Positions 50,004 to 64,000 of a DNA stretch of 64,000 nt are shown in pieces. A model generated the notes under the pieces. It did no database searches and had not been told where the DNA came from. It worked only from the letters and a program-made list of their open reading frames with translations. Made by a program: the position numbers and the translations under genes. Position 1 is the first letter of the stretch, and the number at the start of each line of letters is the position of its first letter. The stretch is from the human T2T-CHM13v2.0 reference genome, Homo sapiens. The stretch lies in the NCBI RefSeq assembly GCF_009914755.1, contig NC_060927.1; one strand, given 5' to 3'.

Positions 50004-50644
50004 CTGTGGTTCACAGGAGAGGAAAACGCTGATGCTCGGCTGCATTCCCCAGCCCCTCTTTCTTGTCTAAGTGGACGGCAAGCATACCAGCAGGAGGTTC
50101 CAGGTCTTGCTTCTGCCGTTACCCCTGGTTCTGTCTGATGCCATGCTGCCTCCACCCTGGTCTTAGGAAGTCATGACTGTAATGCCCAGTATCAAATTTG
50201 GGTTTTTGGCCACCCAGGGACAGTCAGACACAGGCCAGTAGTTACTGCCTGTCCCTGTCCTGAGCACCAGCTGTGATGGGCCTCCTCTCATTGAGCCAAG
50301 TTTTAGGAAATAACCAGGGAGTCAAAAGCTCTAGGAAGAGGGATGTGTAGGCTCTGCCAACCCACCTAGGGCCCAAAGGGAAGGAAGGGCAGGTCCACCA
50401 AGGTGTTAAATTGGAGTCGAGCTTGCAGCAAAGGTATCTCTGGTTCTAATTCTCAGCTCACAAGGGTAGTCAGCTGGAAGTGACAATTGAGTTAGAGTAT
50501 GTGTGGTCAAGACCGCTTCCTCCACGGCAAGTGGGTCATAAGTAAAACAGCAGCAGAGCAGAAATGGAGGCACGTTGGTTCTAGTCCTGGCTCTGAAAAT
50601 TCCTCCCCTCGCTGTGCCTCCATTCCCTCATCTGTGAAACATAG

Positions 50645-53416
<2,772 letters not shown>

Positions 53417-54985
53417 TAGAGTCCATTCTGTCCTCCTGACGCAGCACTGCTGTCTTTGCCCATCACAGAGGCCAGGAGCACAGTGACACGTCACCATTCG
53501 ACCTTGCTGGGACCTGGGACTGTGGGATGCAGCCCATGCGACTGATCTCTTCTTTTCCTAAAGGCCCTGCTGGGAATGATTCTGGCATCACAGTTAGGTT
53601 GATATGGTGGAAAAACACACTAGACCAGAAACAGGATAACCTGGGCAAATCTTGGCTCTCTCATTCTTCAGCTTTGTGGCCTTGGACAAGCCAGTGAAAA
53701 CTCCCTAGGCCCCAGCTCCTCATGGGCAATAGTAAATGAAGAGGCGCTGTAGTGGTGAGCCCCAGGAGGTGCTGGATATCCCAGAAGTCAGCAGAATTTC
53801 CATCTCAGAGGCAGCCCTGCCACATGTGTGCCTTGCCCATGTCCCGGCACTCTCTGAGCCTCACTTTTCTCTGCTGAACAAGACGGGGATTGGATGAGAT
53901 GGTCCCTCAAGCCCCTTTTAGTTGAAACGGTCCTTTCTCCTGCCGGCATCTCAGACTGCAGGACTGAAAGCTGGGCAAGGCCCAAGGGCTGCAGCCAGCC
54001 AGGGGGTCTTCCACACTTTACTCAGCCCACCCTCAGGGGTCAGGCCAGCACCTGCCTATCAGTGCCTAGGCCGGGGTCTCACCTGCAGCAGGACTGCTGG
54101 GCACAAGGGCCCCCACACCTCAGGGCTCTCATCCTGTCTGTCCACTCTGCAGATAAGATAAATGAGGTCTGAGAGGGAAAATGATTCACCAAAGTGAAAT
54201 TCTCTGATGGTCTCAGTGCAACCCTTGTTCTGTACTACTCAGAATATTTTGTTTTTGTTTTTCCTCTAGCACACTTGCTGTGGGAGAAATTCCAGCTCTT
54301 CCTGGGGAGAAAGTGTAAGCATTCTTTCTCTCCAAGTCATGAGACTTCTCATTTGGAATTCTGGGTTGTCCCATGGTAGCAAATTATTTTGCGTAACAAC
54401 AAAAACTCTGTTTCCGAAAATGTTTCATGAGGCTTGGGACGTGCTCAGCATTCTGCCCGTGAGTCAGAGCTGATAGCTGGTCTTGGAGCAGGACCAGGGG
54501 CAAATAATCCTCCCCTTTCAGCTTCTCTGATGATTCTCCACACTGTGCTCAAGGAGGCAGGATGTGGGCCTGGAGCTGCAGCCACGTCTGCATTCGCAGC
54601 CTTTCCATAAGTCAAGGACCGTCCTTCCTGAGTTGCTATGCTCAGGCTGGGTTGCATATCGGGTTAGACCCTCAGCTTTTGTTTATGATTTTATCATTGC
54701 TTTTCAAAGAGTTTTTTATCCACATTATTTTCTGGTAGTTCAGGGCCTGTGAAGTGGAGACTCATTAAAGCACCGCATACTGGTACCTGCTAAGTTATCA
54801 CTTCACCGCAGTCCCTTCCCTTAGCTTGGGAAAATCCTCAACCTTTCTTTATCTTCTTGAGGACAACAATGATAAAACAAAAAGGACTGGGTTGGGTTGT
54901 CTGCTACTATTTTTTTCTAATTCAGTGGTTAGCTGAACAGTAAAGGAATAAGAAAAGGAAAGATGAGAGCGGACGGGAATAGTCA

Positions 54986-55315
<330 letters not shown>

Positions 55316-56175
55316 TTACCATGAACCCCATGGTGGGAAGGCCCCGCCACCCAAGGAAATGGCCAAAATGGTGCACAGGATCCTTCTGCGGCCTGCGGCT
55401 CTGCAGGTGTGAAGCCTGAGGAAGGGACCTGAGCACAGGCAGCGCTAGTGATAATCAAGGGCATCCTCCTCTTGAGCTTCTCAATTTGTTGGATTCCAAA
55501 AGCTGTCTGATCGCAGGTTTTCTGTCTTATACAAATGTGATCTGTATCTCTCCTGTGTCTTCACCCAAGAAATGAAAACAGCTATTAAACATACCTGGCC
55601 TGAAGACGGCCCCAAGGCATTCTGTTAGAGGGAATGGAAAGCTGCCCAACACATCTGGTATCCGGAGAAGCATTTTCACAACTAAACTTGACCTGACCCA
55701 GCTGCACGGTGACTGGCTCCAGGAAGATGGGGTGAACCATCCCTCCTGGGACCCTGTGACAAAAGGCAGAGGCTCTTGGGCAAGGCTGCCAGGGGTCCTT
55801 GCAAGTGGGGTCTGTGCAAATGACATTCTCATTTGCTAGACTTTGTTCAAAGATCTTTGGAAACTCTGCTATTCAGTGCCAACAGCACGTGCTCATCTGG
55901 CCTTCTGCTTGCCCATCTGCAGCAGTTCCTGCGACCTGTGAGGTGTGCGAGCATCCACAGGTGCAACAGCAACGGCCTAGGCCTCTGCAGAACCTCAAGA
56001 GCACTCGGGTGCTGGGGAGTTTGGCGTGCTCAGGCTTTGAGGTGTGTCACTCCCAGGACAAACCAGAACCACAGGAGACAAGATCTGCATTGTGAACATT
56101 CACTGGCCACCAAGGGCCAAGTGGGCCTAGCCCCAGGAGAAGTGGCAGGTGCGGCTGAACTGAGGGGGCACTTAC

Positions 56176-56244
56176 AGAGTGATGATGCGGGAACGGGCCA
56201 AACTGGTGATGGGGGTACAGGCTGGAGAAGTATCCGGAGTGGGT
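56176..56244 (-). CDS. IGF2BP2: IGF2BP2 coding exon (KH2-KH3 linker): [23 protein letters not shown]
   Basis: ctgcag acceptor, gtaagt donor, 69 nt; upstream exons lie beyond the window. Confidence 0.96.
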
Positions 56245-56799
56245 CTGCAGCATGAGAGAAAGAGTCAGTGGGCGGGTGCTCTCAGGGACTGTCACTGGCC
56301 TCAGGGAGGCCAGATTCCCAACATGCGACACAGGCTCTCTGTGGCATCAGCTGGCTCCACTGTCGTGTCTACACGCCTGTCCCTCTGTGTCTCAGATCTC
56401 TGCTCCACTTCTCCCACTCAGACCACGGAATGCTTGGCAAGATGTCCCCTGGTTGCAGTAGCTCTCTGGGCTAAATGTTCATCATTTCTAAGCTGAGTCA
56501 TGCCTGAGGCGTCCTAGGAACATACCATGGGTGTGAACACACACATACACACATACACCCACTGGCACTTGCACCCATACACTCTTAACCTGCCCTCGGG
56601 TGGAGAGGCGGGGCCAGTGCCTTCCGTTTTCTGGAGAATGATGAGTCGTAGATGAAAAAGAACAGAGTGTGCTGGACAATACCCAAGAGTTATTCAGAAC
56701 AAGCAAATGTGTTCCTGGGCAGATAGATCAGTCAGCTCCATCAGAGAATTCTAGAAGGAATGGAAAGAATCCTGAGAAGGGAGAAATGTCAAAGGAGAC

Positions 56800-57929
<1,130 letters not shown>

Positions 57930-59019
57930 TCTGATATATTCTTACAGGCAGAACGCTGACCTGAGTCAGCAGAATTGCTAGCTGTGCTTTACACAAGGCT
58001 GGGTCAACACTGACATTGCTGTTCCAGGAAAGGAAGTGAACAGCTCTGGGCACCATGGAACCAATTCCCACAGGCCCACCCTGCAAGATAGTCCTCCAGG
58101 AAGACGATTCCAACAGTGGTCAGACGTGGCTGAGGTTTGGAGTCTGGTGACCCAGCTTTCACTTGAGGATCCCTGAGCAAATCTCACAGTGACAGGCAAT
58201 GCCCTCCATCCCCCGAATCTCCTGAAGGTTAGGATTTTGCCTTATGACCCATTAGGGACAAAATGAAACCGTTGCCCTTTTTGAGCTTGGAATGAGAAGG
58301 CAGAGATGTGAACAACTTGAGGAGCTGCTCCAGGGCTGCTGTAGGTTACCAGCCACGCCTGCCGGCGACAGAGCTCCACTTAACACGGCTGTAGTGAGAG
58401 CCTTGCTTTGACTTGGAAAGGGGCTGCAGCAGCCCCTCATGCCCACAAGAGGGCGCTATGAGATCAGCAGTCTCTTGGCAAGCTCAAGTTTTGCAGGAAG
58501 GTGGGTGAAGCAGTTTCTCTCTCTTGGCTCTGCTTCTAAGGACCCCCTGGAAAGAACATCAGCTCCAGAGCTTTCTCTGCAGGTCCGTGTCCTGGGCCAT
58601 GAAGAGCTGGGGGAGAATTCATGCAACTCTTCTGCACAAAACTCTAGTCTGGGAAAAGAGCACTTCAGCCCTCCTCCCGCCTGAAGAATCGTTCCTTCAG
58701 GTCTCATGGCAGAAATAATTCCTTTGAACTATGATTTGCCATTTCCTTACAAAACTCATGTGAGGCCGGGAATAGACAAGCCACAGTGTGGCTCCTATTC
58801 TGGGTTCAAATACTTCTCACATAAATACTATCAAATTTAGACTTCCTAGGAACTCAGGGTAAGAAAGAGATTTTTAAAATTAGCTGTCAAAGGATAAAAA
58901 GGACAAATTCTCTTTTATTCATGAGTAACAGCTGAAAAATTGTCACAGGGAAAGAATCTTGAACTTGCAATCAGGAGCTTGTTTCTAGCGGAGGCTCTGC
59001 CATTAGCCCCTGTATATAG

Positions 59020-60815
<1,796 letters not shown>

Positions 60816-61528
60816 CATTCCCATACTTTCTGTTAGGTGATGTCTACAGCCTCAAATGGAAGGGGGCTTTCAAATCTTGCTTATTTATAATGGTCAGAAA
60901 AAGTAACTTGGCAATGACTCAAATAACTATTTTAATGGGAAAGCAGGTTGTAGTCATCTGACATCTGGTTCAAGTCCCTGAGGGATAGGGAGGTTGGTAG
61001 GGAACCCTGACCCCAATGTGGCCATTAGACTCACTGTCCCAGTTGGAGAGTCCCACCTATTTTATGACGGAGAAGCTACTTTATTTTTGAGTGTTTCAAA
61101 ATCATTTTGGCAGTGGGGAGGGGGAAAGGAGGTGTGGTGAAGGCACTCCTGCCAGGTGTGTCCTCACTCCCTCACCTCCCACCCACTAACTGAGAGGCAG
61201 AGGGAGATGGGTAATTGTTATCCACAGGCTTGTTTCAAACTCTCAACTTCAGGAACACTGGTGTCTGCCTTTTCTCTGAGTTTGACTCTTCTGGGGGGTA
61301 GGTAGAGGAGCATATATAAAACACACTTGTGAAAATTAAAAAATGGAGTTATAAACAGCAGGGCCTCCTTTTCCTGGGAGAACTGCAGGGTTCAAGCTGC
61401 GATGTGTGACCATCTGATACACAATTTAGGTGATATTCTGAAGCATGAAGAAATCAGGGGGTGGGAGGAGTGAAGGGTGGGAAAGGTGAGTGCAAAGCGC
61501 AAGGACCAGGCATAGGAATTATGTTTAA

Positions 61529-61744
61529 TTGATCTTTTGTACTGTATTTTTCATTCCAATTTCATTTATTTCCACCCTGATCTTTATTACTTATTTTCTT
61601 CTACTAATTTTGCTGTTGATATGATGTATTACAATGATTGATTTGCATATGTCAAACCATCCTTGCATCCCAGGGATAAATCCCACTTGGTCATGATGAA
61701 TGGTCTTTCTAATGTACTGCTGAATTTGGTTTGCTGGTATTTTA
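61529..61744 (-). mobile_element. L1 ORF2 internal fragment made of two non-contiguous pieces
   Basis: Minus strand encodes [21 protein letters not shown] (reverse transcriptase region) joined to KISRRK*VIKIRVEINEI. Confidence 0.85.
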
Positions 61745-62299
61745 AGGCATATATATGAATTATGTTCAAATATTTAAATAGTTTTAGTGTGATGATAGAG
61801 TGATACCAGACTGCAAAGCTGGCAGGTGCTCCCTCTGGGCACCAGGGACATGGGCCTTAGGAAGGGGCGACGACTTGGCCGGAGGGTTCAGTGTTGTGGA
61901 CATAGCTTTCTAAGATGCAGAAGGTGCACTGCTCTATGCCAGCTTGTCAAAGTGTCTCTTTACATGGAGCTGCCTGTCCTGCTCTGTGTGTTCTCATGGG
62001 ACAACCTTAGAAGCTGGAGGGAGCTAGGAACTCGTGAGCCAGCAAGAGGTAGAGCTGAGATGCTAACACAGATCTCTGTGTCTGCCTCTGCAGCCCAAGA
62101 TCTAAACCACTGCACTCACTGCTGCGCTCACCTGGGACATTCTGAACTCACTGGTTCAGGTGGGGTCTGGGGAGCATGCTAAGAAAAAGCTCCCCTAAGG
62201 ATTGTAATTATGCTCTCTGTTGAATGCATTTAAATATATAAATGGACAATTAAAATCCATTAGACATATATAAAGAATCACCAGCATGAAGGAGAGAAG

Positions 62300-62830
62300 C
62301 CCAGCTGCACAAGACAAGCAAATGACCCGAGTGAATTAATGGAGGGAGAAGGGAGAGCTTTTTACAAAATTGTGATTTGATCTCCTAGTGAGATTCAGCA
62401 GGACAGTGCTTCAATAATTTGTATATAGACTGCTATGAGAAATGAACAATCAGAGAACCAGAGTGACCCTGGATATGAAAAACATGGTTAAGTAAAAACT
62501 CAGTAGAGGATGTACAAATAGTAGGGAAGACACTGCTGAAAAGCCCATCAATGCACGAGACTGTTAAACCACACAAAACCAAGACAAAGAGTGGGAAGTG
62601 GACAGACACAAAGAGTAGAGTGAGGTTTGCTATAACTTTCCTCTTCTGGAGTGGGAACTCCAGAAGGAGAAAATAAAGTGGATGGGAGAGAAGCAACGCT
62701 AAAATTAATTATGGAAGGAAAACATTCTCCTGAGCCAAAGAAAAACACGGATCTTTAGATCAAAGCACTCAGATTCAGATTCCTGAATTCCAAGGGTAAA
62801 GGCAAATTATTATAAAAGGCAAAAAAACTT
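62300..62830 (+). mobile_element. Old L1 ORF1-like remnant (continues near 63500-64000)
   Basis: A-rich, gaactccagaaggagaaaat...gaaaacattctcctgagccaaagaaaaacac, ctatgaccctagaatt. Confidence 0.55.
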
Positions 62831-62855
62831 ATAGATACCGGGGGGGAAAAACAGA

Positions 62856-63022
62856 CAGGCGTGTTGGTGTGCACCTGTAGTCCCTGCTACTCAAGAAGCT
62901 GAGGAGGGAGCATCACTTGAGCCCAGGAGTTCGAGATGGCAGTGAGCTGGGATCACACCACTGCACTCCAGCCTACTAGGTGACAGAGCAGGACCCTGTT
63001 TCTTAAAAAAAAAAAAAAAAAA
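62856..63022 (+). mobile_element. Alu right-arm monomer with poly(A) tail
   Basis: gtgtgcacctgtagtccc...gaccctgtttctt followed by an A run. Confidence 0.85.
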
Positions 63023-63501
63023 GAGGAGAAGAAGGAGAAGAAGGAGAAGGAAGAGGAGGAGGAGGAGGAGGAGAAGGAGAAGAAGGAGAAGGAGGAGGAG
63101 GAGGAGGAGAAGGAGAAGAAGAAGAAGGAGGAGAAGGAGAAGGAGCAGAAGGAGAAGGAGGAGGAGGAGGAGAAGGAGGAGGAGGAGAAGGAGGAGGAGG
63201 AGAAGGAGGAGGAGGAGAAGGAGGAGGAGGAGAAGGAGGAGGAGGAGAAGGAGGAGGAGGAGAAGGAGGAGGAGGAGAAGGAAAAGGAGGAGAAGGAGAA
63301 GGAGGAGGAGGAGAAGGAGGAGGAGGAGGAGAAGAAGAAGAAGAAGAAGGAGAAGAAGGAGGAGAAGGAGGAGGAGAAGGAGGAGGAGGAGAAGGAGGAG
63401 GAGGAGAAGGAGGAGGAGGAGAAGGAGGAGGAGAAGGAGAAGGAGAAGAAGGAGAAAAGGAAGAAGAAGAAAAGGAAGAAGAAGGAGGAGGAGGAGGAGG
63501 A
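63005..63501 (+). repeat. GAG/AAG purine-rich tandem repeat
   Basis: 497 nt of A/G with one C (63146); 8 perfect copies of gaggaggaggagaag at 63161-63280. Confidence 0.97.
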
Positions 63502-63539
63502 TATCTACAAAAGAAACAATTCTAGAAGTAACATTTTTA

Positions 63540-63948
<409 letters not shown>

Positions 63949-64000
63949 CTAGAATTTCTAGACACCCAGAATTCATTCACGTGTGAAGGAAAAAGGACAC

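Overview
Alu-dense primate (human-like) genomic DNA holding the 3' parts of two convergent genes. SENP2 (SUMO protease, + strand) contributes its last 12 coding exons at 4146-27666, including the catalytic His/Asp/Cys exons, and has two candidate poly(A) signals (28893, 31358). IGF2BP2/IMP2 (- strand) contributes its last 6 coding exons at 56244-43366 (linker, KH3, KH4) and a 3' UTR running to about 41570. I identified both genes by recognising their translated exons; from memory this pair lies on human 3q27. Other content: an RPL34 processed pseudogene just inside a SENP2 intron, a near full-length Tigger1 fossil between the genes, about 65 Alu copies or fragments, several MER/L1/L2/MIR relics and simple repeats. 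Almost all ORFs in the supplied track are Alu or low-complexity artefacts. I found no convincing wholly new biological system. The best leads are: a transposon-donated distal poly(A) signal plus let-7 site for IGF2BP2, a retrocopy-donated intronic poly(A) signal for SENP2, a possible ancient transposase-like fossil at 54.3-54.8 kb, an Alu inserted into a perfect palindrome, a templated insertion inside an Alu, and a permuted L1 fragment. Exon boundaries were read base by base; repeat boundaries are approximate and repeat family names come from recalled consensus sequences.
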